Shown: positions 12,350-23,545 of the stretch, piece after piece | Layout: each line of letters opens with the position of its first letter | Numbering within the stretch: position 1 is the first letter of the stretch | From: Macrostomum hystrix | Lineage: Eukaryota; Animalia; Platyhelminthes | Assembly (NCBI GenBank): GCA_950097015.1 | Contig: CATNEN010000011.1 | Location: 3,038,001-3,102,000 of the forward strand | Direction of reading: 5' to 3' | DNA: 64,000 bases | Translations under genes and position numbers: made by a program | The notes under the pieces: generated by a model | Seen by the model: only the letters and a program-made list of their open reading frames with translations | What the model was told of the DNA's origin: nothing | Database searches by the model: none

Positions 12350-12465
12350 GTAACGCACGAGAACCAGCTATAAATATGACCTTCACAAATCCAGTCTATA
12401 ATACTTCTCAACCGGAGATTGAGCTCTCATCGGTGCAACATGTTCAGGCGGATCGAGAACTTTGA
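12350..12465 (+). CDS. AMN: Amnionless, exon 5 (FxNPxY endocytosis motif)
   Basis: Acceptor tttcttag|GT, phase 1. Reads NAREPAINMTFTNPVYNTSQPEIELSSVQHVQADREL*, stop TGA at 12463-12465. Confidence 0.85.
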
Positions 12466-12769
12466 GAACATTGTCTGTGGCTCACTTCTCAATACTTCAC
12501 TATATTATATACCGATTTCATGAAACGCTACACATTACTAAATTGATTACTAGATATTTCGCTATGCATGCAATCGTGTCGTGTAGTAGATGCCTCGAAT
12601 TTGTGCAGAAATAAAACAAAAATACGATTTAATTATTACATGCTCGTCATTTAAAAGTATTTCTCTTACCTCTTGCGCTAGGGCTGATGCAACCGCTTCA
12701 ATATGAGATTAATCCCCTTAATGTTAGGGGATTTATATGTAAATCTATACTGCATGCGTACAGTATATG

Positions 12770-14290
12770 TCCCAACGCCATCATTGCTGCTGATTCCATC
12801 TGCCATCGCAAGCAGTTGATCGTCGACTGCACAGCCGCGTTCGTCGCGTTGCCTTGGAAGCCCTGAGCTATCGCCGCCTGACCTGTGGAAGCGGTCGAAG
12901 ATCGTGCCGATTCCCAAGAAAGGCTACTCCAGCTCGCTCGATAGCCTCAGGAGCATATGACTTGAATAGCCTCAGGAGCATGACTTGAATAGCCTCAGGA
13001 GCATGACTTGAATAGCCTCAGGAGCATGACTTGAATAGCCTCAGGAGCATGACTTGTATAGCCTCAGGAGCATGACTTGAATAGCCTCAGGAGCATGACT
13101 TGAATAGCCTCAGGAGCATGACTTGAATAGCCTCAGGAGCATGACTTGAATAGCCTCAGGAGCATGACTTGAATAGCCTCAGGAGCATGACTTGAATAGC
13201 CTCAGGAGCATGACTTGAATAGCTTCAGGAGCATGACTTGAATAGCTTCAGGAGCATGACTTGAATAGCCTCAGGAGCATGACTTGAATAGCCTCAGGAG
13301 CATGACTTGAATAGCCTCAGGAGCATGACTTGAATAGCTTCAGGAGCACGATTTTATGGAATGCCCCGTGCTGATGTTGGATGTTTAATAGGCGGTCATA
13401 GACTTGTATTGCGGCTCGAGCACCTTCGTCAACAACAGTGTTGGCCCAACTGAGGAATTCCAAACGACATCCGGAGTCCTCCAAGGCGATAAGAGCTGTC
13501 TCCCTTCCACTAAGTGTAGTTGTCGTTGACTTCATTTTGCGACAGGCCATCAGCTAAGAGGGCAGGTTCATCGTTGCGAGCTGCTGAGCCATCGCGCTCC
13601 TGAGCCGTGACCCCGAGGCGACTCAGCGAGCCCTGCATCGCCTGGTGCTGGAGTGTGCTATAGTCGGACTGCATATCAACGCACCAAGAAGAAGTTGCTG
13701 CACGTTGGCATCGCAACAAGGCCTGACCTCTACCTGCCGGACGGCGCGGGTGGACGCCTGCGAGGATTTATGTTACCTGTGGGCGTGTCGGTAATGAGCG
13801 CTGACGTGATGGTGGAGACACGCAAGTGTATGACCTGGCGCGCAACGCACCTCCAGCGCTCGATCTTCAGATCCGCGGCCACCAATCAGCTCAAGCTGTC
13901 CTTGTTCCAAGCAGCAGTTGAATCTGTGCTGGCCTATGGCTTGAAAGCGGTTCCCTCAACGCCGGCGCGCGATGTCACCATCAACGCTGCGCAACAGCTG
14001 AAGCGAGCTGGTCTGGGCATCAGCCCGCTAAAGTTAAGCTGCACCGCCTATGCTGCTGGGCCACTGCCTCCGCGACCACCAGCGCAACTGCGGTCCGCTC
14101 CTGGCTGACATCCTGGCAAGGGGCGCCGCTGCGTAGAGGACAAGCCGGTTACTGCACCTTAAAGTTCCATCGCTTTTCGTCCCAAAAGTCACTCCGTCGT
14201 CCACATCTCGGACACCTTCGACATGGATCTTGTCCCAACTTGGACTTCCTCATACCCCGTCCCCCAGCTATAGTCCCCCAGCTACTCTTC
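12770..14290 (+). mobile_element. Decayed non-LTR retrotransposon (RTE-like LINE) reverse-transcriptase remnant
   Basis: PPDLWKRSKIVPIPKKG (12874-12924); SGVLQGD (13473-13490) followed after a frameshift by VVVDFILRQAI; IALLS...LHRLVLECAIVGLHIN; KLSLFQAAVESVLAYG. Multiple stops and frameshifts, and the YADD motif is not recognisable. Ends are approximate. Confidence 0.82.
12941..13348. repeat. 23-bp minisatellite inside the LINE remnant
   Basis: Unit CTTGAATAGCCTCAGGAGCATGA, about 17 copies. Confidence 0.97.
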
Positions 14291-14699
14291 CACTTAGACT
14301 ATCTAATCCCCTCTTCCCACAAGCTACACAAACGGACTACTTAATTTGTTGTCCAGAAATAAAAAATAAGTCAAAATCGGATCTTCCGCTCTGATAACAG
14401 ATACACTGCACCTAGATGTATTACAGCTCTAAAGCAATAAAATAAACACTCTTTTTACCATCCCTTGCTACATAACCTACAATAATTATTTTTTGATGTT
14501 ATTTTTCAGTTCAATTGTAAAGTTGGCCTATAGCTATTTTTATTAATTCACGCTTCACAACGTTTTAACAAAAGTTATAACGTTCTGAATTCGTATTTTT
14601 CTAAGAAACAAGGTAGTTTGAACTACAGTTTTCTTTTTACCACTTGCAGTTACTTTTAATATGCTTAAGGACGCGAGTTCTAAGCTATAGGCTATTAGA

Positions 14700-14838
14700 A
14701 TGGTTGCTGCTTTTCCTGTTGCAAAGCTTGCCTACCTGGCAATTAGGCAGCTAAGTAAGCCACTTGCGAATTTTATTAGGGACAGAGCTCGAACAAGTCC
14801 AGTATTCAAGAACTATGTTTGCATGCCACCTGCACAAA
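14700..14838 (+). CDS. OPA3: OPA3-like mitochondrial protein, exon 1 of 2
   Basis: [27 protein letters not shown]...CMPPAQ closely follows human OPA3 ([25 protein letters not shown]). Donor CAAA|gtaagt, phase 1. Confidence 0.93.
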
Positions 14839-15282
14839 GTAAGTTTAGTTATTACGTTTTAGAATGGAATAATGGAGTTGAAGTTTTTATGTTTCTATAT
14901 AGGATCTTGTTATGTAATTTCTATTAAACTTAATTACCCTACATTATGTACCCTTACTTACTTTTGCTACACACATACCTTCAGGCTAAATGTATTGAAA
15001 CAATACACATGATTTTGTTATATGTTACAATTGATATAGGTCTATAGCCTAGCTAAACTAAATGAATGTAACCCTGCATAATTACGTCTCTATTGGCTAT
15101 CTGTATAACTATGTGTATTTTATGATGTAGTGAATTTTTCTACATTTGTAAATATGAAACTACTTTTAATGCTGTTTTTCAGTGTCAGTCTGTATGGCTG
15201 TCATTTTGATATATCCTCTCTACCTAGAATACTTGCAATTCAGGATAAATTCAGGAAAGAAAACTTTTTCCAAGGAAAGCAG

Positions 15283-15939
15283 CCATAGTCCGGATCATGC
15301 TGGACTTATGCCGGAGGAAAAATCCAACATTTTTTGGCACTTACGCCAGACTTATGCCAACCAAAAAAGGTCCCTCTGACTTACGCCACCCAAAAAAGGT
15401 CCTTCACAATTCTTGTTAATCCATGTCTCTTTATTGGCCTCCTTGCTTGCTGCCCTCGACTATTACATGGATGTCTCTCTCACTCTAACCAGCATGTAAT
15501 AGAATAGATGATTCACAATTAATATGTTATTAAATAAATTCAGAAGTTGCAACTGTTTAAAAATCTCACAAGTTGCAAATTCTGAATCAAGTATCAAAGT
15601 AAGCATCTTAAAGCTAAGAAACTTTTGCTATCCTACAATAGATATTCTGCTCTCTCATTTATACAAACTACAATATTTTAATGAACTTTGTTTTAATGCT
15701 GCTCCTTAACATCATAATTAACGCAAATGTGTTATGTTCTATAGTGATACATTTGATCGTGAATGATCTCATTTGTGCTAACATTTACGCCACTTTATTT
15801 ATGCCATGTACTTATGCCAAACACTTACACCAAGGCACATTTTGGCCTATACTTACGCCAAGCACTTACGCCAGCCTCCGATCCCAAACCAGATTTACAC
15901 CGGAGATCTCCGGCGTAAACGACATGATCCGGACTATGG
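15283..15939. mobile_element. MITE / non-autonomous DNA transposon (hAT- or P-like) in the OPA3 intron
   Basis: Perfect 17-bp TIR CCATAGTCCGGATCATG (15283-15299 and 15923-15939), extending imperfectly to about 33 bp. Flanked by the 8-bp direct repeat GAAAGCAG (15275-15282 and 15940-15947). Internal CTTA(C/T)GCCA repeats lie near both ends. Confidence 0.88.
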
Positions 15940-17218
15940 GAAAGCAGTAGCTTTTTTTCATTTGTTATTTCTTATCTTAGAATCCTCATTATGTCAGAAA
16001 AGGTGTCATTGCAGTCATTACTATTTACTATTAGCATTGAGCCATAGTCTGGATTATGGCATAGTGTGGGCCAAAATAAAATATCCATTTTTGTTGCATG
16101 CTAAGAACTAATTTTTGTAAGCCAACTTAATTTACTTATACAAATGTATGTCATGTGTCACTGTTATTTTTTTATATTTAATATCTCACTGAATGTCACC
16201 AAAGTTGTCGTAGTGCTTATAAACTTTATTCAAATACTATCTTTATATCAAAGTTATGAATGTATTTAGTTATTCCCTTTATGTACTTCTTATTTCAATT
16301 CAAATTGGTAGTGTTATATATTAAATCCGGTAGTGTAATATGTTCAATTTGGCTGATATTTATCATCTATATTTAATTTCACTTATAACTTTACTGTATT
16401 ATTTCTTTAAGTACTCTTTATCAGTTTTTATCACTCTTTATCTGTCTTTATCACTCTTTAATTACTCTTTAATCAATCTTCAATTCAGTCTTCAGTTAGT
16501 CTTCAGTCTATCTTGGGCTTTACCAGTGGATCTAGGGTTACAGCTCTTCTTTCACTCTATTCACGTCTCTTTCTCAAGGTCTCTTCAACTAACTTTAAGA
16601 CAAACACTTTAATATTCAAGCTTTCTTATTCTGAACACTATGAAAACACATGTTGCGACTGTACATTGATTTTCTTCTTTCTTTTACTTGTGTATTTATA
16701 CTAAAAACTCACTCTCCCCCTCATCTCCACAACTTCATTAAAACATGTTTTTGGTGCAAATAAACAAAATCAGTGCATTAAAACAAATTCTACATGCAGT
16801 TAAAACAAAATAATAATTTTTGCGGGAAATTATTTTTAAGAAATGTTCAAACGGGGCCCTATCTCACAAGTGTACACCAACAGACATTACCCATAGATCT
16901 GTATAAGTATAATATATAAATGCCTGCATATATAAATATATAAATATGTTTATTTAAGGCCTTATGTATGCATTATTCATATAGGATTCATAAAGTGATT
17001 TTATTATTTTTCTATTGAGTTATTGTCAATTAAAATGGTAATATGCAGGCATTGTCTAGTATAACCAGACTTATTATAACTTCTTATGCTATAAAACCAT
17101 ATATATATATAATAATTGTGTTGCTGAATATACTACTTAAATTAGAATTTTATCTAAGCTTGACTCATTTTTATAAAATGTTTTACAATTTTAACTTGGT
17201 ATTATTAAATTAACACAG

Positions 17219-17544
17219 TGCATCACTGGTATGAGACCAGACTGAAGATGACTGAACTCGGACTTGGCAAACCAAAGAACGTCACCAAATTGAACGAAGA
17301 ACAAGCCCTGGACATCGGTGCTACTATTCTGGGCGAGACCATTATTTACATTGTTGGCGCCATAACCATCTATGCTGAGTACAGGCGACAAGCTAACAAA
17401 GAACAAGCCAAAGAGGAGGCCAACACTGAGAAGATTGCTGGAATTGTCAAAGCTGTGCAAGATCTGAAACAGCTGACTAAAGATCAGGAGTATCAATTGG
17501 AACAGTTGGAAAATTTAATTCGAAAATCTCCTAGTAAAAAGTGA
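17219..17544 (+). CDS. OPA3: OPA3-like protein, exon 2
   Basis: Acceptor taacacag|TG, phase 1 (A+TG = Met). HHWYETRLKM...LNEEQALDIGATILGE.IIYIVG...EYRRQ followed by a coiled coil. Stop TGA at 17542-17544. Confidence 0.93.
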
Positions 17545-17669
17545 TTTAAAAGTACTGTTCAGATAAACTTTAGTGCTGATTGTTATATATTTTCTCTAGT
17601 TGTGTTTTACATTGGCGCTTATGCTTAAACTGTCTTCCCCTAGTATAAATTTGTTCAAACTATCATTCT

Positions 17670-18078
17670 GAAGGATTCGAGTGCTCAGAGTATCTTTCTG
17701 AAGGATTCGAGTGCTCAGAGTATCTTTCTGAAAGGTTCAAGAGGTCAGAATATCTTTCAGAACAACTCGAGTGCTCAAAGTATCTTCCCTGTGGATTCTA
17801 GTGCTCAAAATATCTTCCCTGTGGATTCTAGTGCTCAAAGTATCTTCCCTGTGGGATTCGAGTGCTCAAAGTATCTTCCCTGTGGGATTCGAGTGCTCAA
17901 AATATCTTCCCTATGGATTCGAGTGCTCAAAATATCTTTCCTGTGGATTCGAGTGCTCAAAGTATCTTCCCTGTGGATTCTAGTGCTCAAAATATCTTCC
18001 CTATGGAATCGAGTGCTCAAAGTATCTTTCAGAGGGATTTTAGGGCCCAAACTATCATCCAGGAGGATTTGAGTGCTT
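17670..18078. repeat. ~30-bp minisatellite downstream of the OPA3 stop
   Basis: Unit GTGGATTC(G/T)AGTGCTCAAA(G/A)TATCTTCCCT. Confidence 0.92.
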
Positions 18079-18755
18079 AAGCTATGTTCCCGTAAAGTTG
18101 TCATGCTGGAAGTATATTTTCTTAGGATTTCAGAGCTCAGGGTATCTCCTCTTAGTATTTAAGTGTTTAAGCTTCCCTGTTACTTCATTATATGCTAAAT
18201 ATACTGTAACTAGCATTATATGCTATAACTATTATATGCTATGAAATATATTTATTTTGTACAGAAAACTTTACATTTAATTATTCGTTTAGTTGTTCAC
18301 TTAAAACATAATAATATTATCTGCTTAATATAAATATAGTTGTACGAAGAATTAAAATATAAACTATGTTGTTTTGATGTTAAGCCGGATCATGTGACAT
18401 AATTTGTTATCATTTAGAATATATATGAATTTCCAAAAAAACAAATTTAGCTCTTAAAATTTAACACTTTTCCGTTTCAATTCCACTTATAGTCTTTCTT
18501 TTTGCTCAATCAGAAAAAAAGACATTGTGTTTTTCAATTGTTCCTTTTTAAATTGTTTTTTACTTGCAGACAATTTTTGGGAAGGCAAGGTATTGCCTAA
18601 CAAGTATTACTATTTTACAGATTGTTACTGATTTTTGTTATCTTTACTACATACTACTTACCTGATTTAGGGTCAGTAGTATAAAACGCAAATTTAAAGA
18701 GTTTTGACGATTCAGTCCATTCACCGAGAAGTTTTGTCCACCCCCAAAAAGATAG

Positions 18756-19146
18756 CCAATCGTGGGGCGTGGTTAGAACACTTCATATTCTCTGCTGACT
18801 CCACTAAAACTTGATAGACCTTCAACATATGACCTACCAGTTCAGCGGCGGCGCCCGATTGGCTGTGCTTATCTAGCCCCACCCCACTCTTTTCTTACCC
18901 TTCACGCCACTCTTTCCTACCAGAGGCCGGCGGGCCAGTGGGGTGGTGGGCGCTCACTTCCAATGCTAGGCGGACTAACTTTAGGTTGGGGGTGGGTGGC
19001 GCAACTTGAGAAATCGGATTTGAATTGGTCATAACTGCCGTCCACTGACTGATCCACGCCAAGCGTAAGGGCGACTTGTGCGATCTCATTCCCGAAGTTC
19101 TCAATTGATTCATTTCGCCACCTCTCTCGCTTTGTCCTTATATAAA
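18756..19146 (+). promoter_or_regulatory. Candidate Pol II promoter, probably of the dopamine receptor gene
   Basis: CCAAT at 18756-18760, GGGGCGTGG GC-box at 18764-18772, ATTGG at 18858-18862 and TATATAAA at 19139-19146, in a locally GC-rich island. A strong donor AAG|gtaagc follows at 19456/19457. Confidence 0.4.
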
Positions 19147-19605
19147 TAGATTCTGTTCGAAAGCTAGCTTTGATAATCTTGTCATTGTGCGCTTACTTAA
19201 TATACATTCTCTGGCAGTTGTCACCGCTGTTAATCTTGAAGGGATTTAGTTAGGGGTCTTAGATTTGAAGAGGCCAGACTAAAGCTTTATTGGTGCAGCA
19301 AATTTGGTCTTCACCACAAAGGTTTATTGTTTGTGTATTTTGGTGTTTTGTCTTAGTTTTTTAGATCTAGAATCTGGCATTTGCCGTGTCAGTCTCTTAT
19401 ACTCGACATTCAAAATATTTATCCTGTGTGGCGCCATTTGGACATAAGGCAAGAAGGTAAGCCTTGTATTGTAATAGCTTGCTTTTTAATTTAATGCTAA
19501 TTTTCCAGTTTTAAGTCCTAAGCACTGATTTCTCAAATCGAATTCTATACTTTCTTTGGGTAGTTGTCATAGCGACGCAGACATACGATTTAAAAGTTTT
19601 GTTCT

Positions 19606-19782
19606 GGGGGTCGGTGGCGGAGCGGTTCGCTCGAGCCAAGGTCCCTGGGCTCGATTCTGCGGTGAGGCCACATTCAATTAAGTCGCAGCCGCAGAGGCTT
19701 TGGGGCTTGTCGTGCTATTGACGCCCTCGAGGGCCAACCTTCAAGGCACAGTGAAAGTGTGCACTGCCTGACGATGAGAAAT
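19606..19782 (+). mobile_element. tRNA-derived SINE-like element
   Basis: A-box TGGCGGAGCGG (19615-19625) and B-box-like GGCTCGATTC (19648-19657). The 3' segment (about 19730-19782) recurs inverted at 1504-1555 with 3 mismatches. Confidence 0.6.
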
Positions 19783-20993
19783 TTAGACAATTTTAGTGCT
19801 TTTGCTGCGTAAAATAAAACGATCATTTATGAGCTACTCAATGCAGATTTGCATTCAAGATAACAAATAGATGAGTATAGGAGCAGGAATTTGAGCCAAC
19901 TCGGCTTCAGATCACTATATATATCGTGTTTGTTACTCATTGGCGTGGGAGGATAGGTCTTACACAGTCAGACAGCTTTGCAAGTACGCGATGCATATAG
20001 CGCATTAGAATATGTTATTAATTATTGTTATTCTTGACTCCCAGTCCGACCAACAAGCCTCGCTGCCTTACGCATAGATGGATAAATGCGATAAAATCAC
20101 CGAGAAATGGGCTGCTTCTGGGGAATGTAGGGTAGAAATGGCAGATTCGGTTGCTTGCCCAGTCTCTCACGCGATTGTAAGGCATGCTCAGTAATACTTT
20201 GCGACAGATTTATAGCTCCACTTTAGTTAATTATCGGCTGCTTTAAACTGTTCTCAATTAGCAACCAGTTAGAAGCCACATCGTTCTAAATTCGTTCACT
20301 TGTCAATGGCGAGGAATTGCCACAGCATGTACCTTGGATTCTAGAGTTAATAATAGCCCAACGCCATATATTAATATACACCTGTCCTCAGAAAGGTTAG
20401 CGCGTTTATTGACTCTGATTAACAGATCTGCATGTTAATCATCTGAAAGTAAAACACCAGACTTTATAACTCTTTAGTTGCAGTCCAACCTCATTATTGC
20501 ATCGAGTCTCTTTGACTACAAGTAGAATAGCCTACTTTGTGTACTTTTAGCTGTTTAACGCGACATAAGGCGACAAGGCGGCAATGTTTCATTTTTCATG
20601 AAAAAATGAAGAAGTAGAATTAGAAACGCTATAGAATTTTATTCCGATTTAAGTGTTGGGACTTCTACTAGTTAGAAGATATTGTCTTAAGAATAAGAAA
20701 GACTCATTGAGTTTCTTTATTATAAACTATGAGTGGAACAAAAATTTTCTAGTGGCAACCGTTTTTAATATACTCAAAAAGTCTTGAGTAGGTGATTGCG
20801 ATGCCCTCCAACTGTCGCGAGCTTTTGAAGTGGAGAATTAAAAAACACGACAAATATTTCTCGCTCCAAATATGGCGAGCTTTGAATTGGCTTTGGATTG
20901 AGTACTCCTCACTGGTCTCAAAAAACTGATTATTGCCAGTTCTGATAAAACCATGTTCCGTCTGTTTGACTGGCGTTAGGATAGCCGCAAACT

Positions 20994-22401
20994 CCTGTTC
21001 TCCATCTCGCACAGCTGTTCGGATGACCTCAAACACCTGTTCTCCATCTCACTCAGCTGTTCGGATGACTTCAAACACCTGTTCTCCATCTCACTCAGCT
21101 GTTCGGATGACTTCAAACACCTGTTCTCCATCTCGCACAGCTGTTCGGATGACTTCAAACACCTGTTCTCCATCTCGCACAGCTGTTCGGATGACTTCAA
21201 ACACCTGTTCTCCATCTCGCACAGCTGTTCGGATGACTTCAAACACATGTTCTCCATCTCGCACAGCTGTTCGGATGACTTCAAACACCTGTTCTCCATC
21301 TCGCACAGCTGTTCCGATAAACTCAAACACCTGTTCTCCATCTCACTCAGCTGTTCGGATGACTTCAAACCCCCGTTCTCCATCTCGCACAGCTGTTCGG
21401 ATGACTTCAAACACCTGTTCTCCATCTCGCACAGCTGTTCGGATGACTTCAAACACCTGTTCTCCATCTCGCACAGCTGTTCGGATGACTTCAAACACCT
21501 GTTCTCCAACTCACACAGCTGTTTCGAAAACTCAAACACCTGATCTCCATCTCACTCAGCTGTTCGGATGACTTCAAACACCTGTTCTCCATCTCGCACA
21601 GCTGTTCCGATAAACTCAAACACCTGTTCTCCATCTCACTCAGCTGTTCGGATGACTTCAAACCCCCGTTCTCCATCTCGCACAGCTGTTCCGATAAACT
21701 CAAACACCTGTTCTCCATCTCGCACAGCTGTTCCGATAAACTCAAACACCTGTTCTCCATCTCGCACAGCTGTTCCGATAAACTCAAACACCTGTTCTCC
21801 ATCTCGCACAGCTGTTCCGATAAACTCAAACACCTGTTCTCCATCTCACACAGCTGTTCCGATAAACTCAAACACCTGTTCTCCATCTCGCACAGCTGTT
21901 CCGATAAACTCAAACACCTGTTCTCCATCTCGCACAGCTGTTCCGATAAACTCAAACACCTGTTCTCCATCTCGCACAGCTGTTCCGATAAACTCAAACA
22001 CCTGTTCTCCATCTCGCACAGCTGTTCCGATAAACTCAAACACCTGTTCTCCATCTCACACAGCTGTTCCGATAAACTCAAACACCTGTTCTCCATCTCA
22101 CACAGCTGTTCCGATAAACTCAAACACCTGTTCTCCATCTCGCACAGCTGTTCCGATAAACTCAAACACCTGTTCTCCATCTCGCACAGCTGTTACGATA
22201 AACTCAAACACCTGTTCTCCATCTCGCACAGCTGTTCCGATAAACTCAAACACCTGTTCTCCATCTCACACAGCTGTTCCGATAAACTCAAACACCTGTT
22301 CTCCATCTCGCACAGCTGTTCCGATAAACTCAAACACCTGTTCTCCATCTCGCACAGCTGTTCCGATAAACTCAAACACCTGTTCTCCATATCACACAGC
22401 T
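20994..22401. repeat. 42-bp minisatellite
   Basis: Unit CTGTTCTCCATCTCGCACAGCTGTT(CGGATGACT/CCGATAAAC)TCAAACAC, about 33 copies. Confidence 0.98.
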
Positions 22402-23034
22402 GGTTCAATGGCTTTTCAACCCAATGCTTTCTAGCTCACCAAAATTACGAAATTAGTAATTAGAAATTAGTAAAGTAGTTCTTATCTGCGATATTATATA
22501 TTAATTCCTTTCTTTTCTTTAAATAGTCTTTCAGTATCGAAATCTGAACTCAGATAATGGTCTAAAAAACTTTCCAAGATTATAAAAAAAGTCAGCACTA
22601 AAATTTTCGAAATCTGTTGCTTTACAACATTCTTTAATACAGGATGAGAAATTTATTGGGGTCATTATTTTTTCCGCGTACTTTTAAATGTACTTTTAAA
22701 ATTTTCTCTAACTTCCAAAAGTTATTGTTTACCGTCTGCTAGCCTCGTGCTAATAAAAAGAATTGGCAGAAAATTTAAAAAAAGTTTCTTATTAGTAGTA
22801 CTGATCATATTGATAAACAGTGTGCTACAGTCTAAGGCTATACTAACCCAATCTTGCTTGCCTTATCTGTGTGCTTAACCAATATGTTAGCCAAACTCAA
22901 AGACATGCTCAGAGCCTGAACCACTGCAGGTCTTAAAATGGCCTTCCTTTATAGTCTGGATTTATTTGTGTCCCACCACCCATCGGTTAACTGTCAGTCA
23001 ACCAGCTTCGGTGTCTGGCATAGTTACTAGTGCG

Positions 23035-23545
23035 TGTGTGTGTGTGTGTGTGACAAGCCTGGGTTAGGACATTGCTTTGGCGGAGAGTTGGAGGGGTGAG
23101 ATTTGGAGAGGTGGAGGGGTGAGATTTGGAGAGGTGGAGGGGTGAGATTTGGAGAGGTGGAGGGGTGAGATTTGGAGAGTTGGAGGGGTGAGATTTGGAG
23201 AGATGGAGGGGTGAGATTTGGAGTGTTGGAGGGGTGAGAATATGGAGGGGTGAGATTTGGAGAGTTGGAGGGGTGAGATTTGGAGAGTTGGAGGGGGGAG
23301 ATTTGGAGTGTTGAAGGGGTGAGATTTGGAGGGGTGAGATTTGGAGAGTTGGAGGGGTGAGATTTGGAGAGATGGGGGGTGAGATTTGGAGTGTTGAAGG
23401 GGTGAGATTTGGAGAGATGAAGGGATGAGATTTGGAGTGTTGGAGGGGTGAGAAGATGGAGGGGTGAGATATTGGTAGAGATGGTGGGGTGAGATATTGG
23501 TAGAGATGGTGGGGTGAGATATTGGTAGAGATGGAGAAGTGAGAT
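23035..23545. repeat. (TG)n microsatellite followed by a 23-bp G-rich minisatellite
   Basis: (TG)n at about 23035-23052; unit GAGGTGGAGGGGTGAGATTTGGA from about 23086. Confidence 0.92.

Noticed and set aside
19715-19782. Possible hammerhead ribozyme in the SINE tail (CTGACGA and GAAA present)
   Set aside because: The core elements are not in the canonical order and spacing around a stem II, and I could not build the three stems by eye. An Infernal search of the family consensus would settle it.
20933-22434. Several repetitive ORFs (coiled-coil-like or mucin-like)
   Set aside because: Products of the 42-bp tandem array; no unique domain or supported exon structure.
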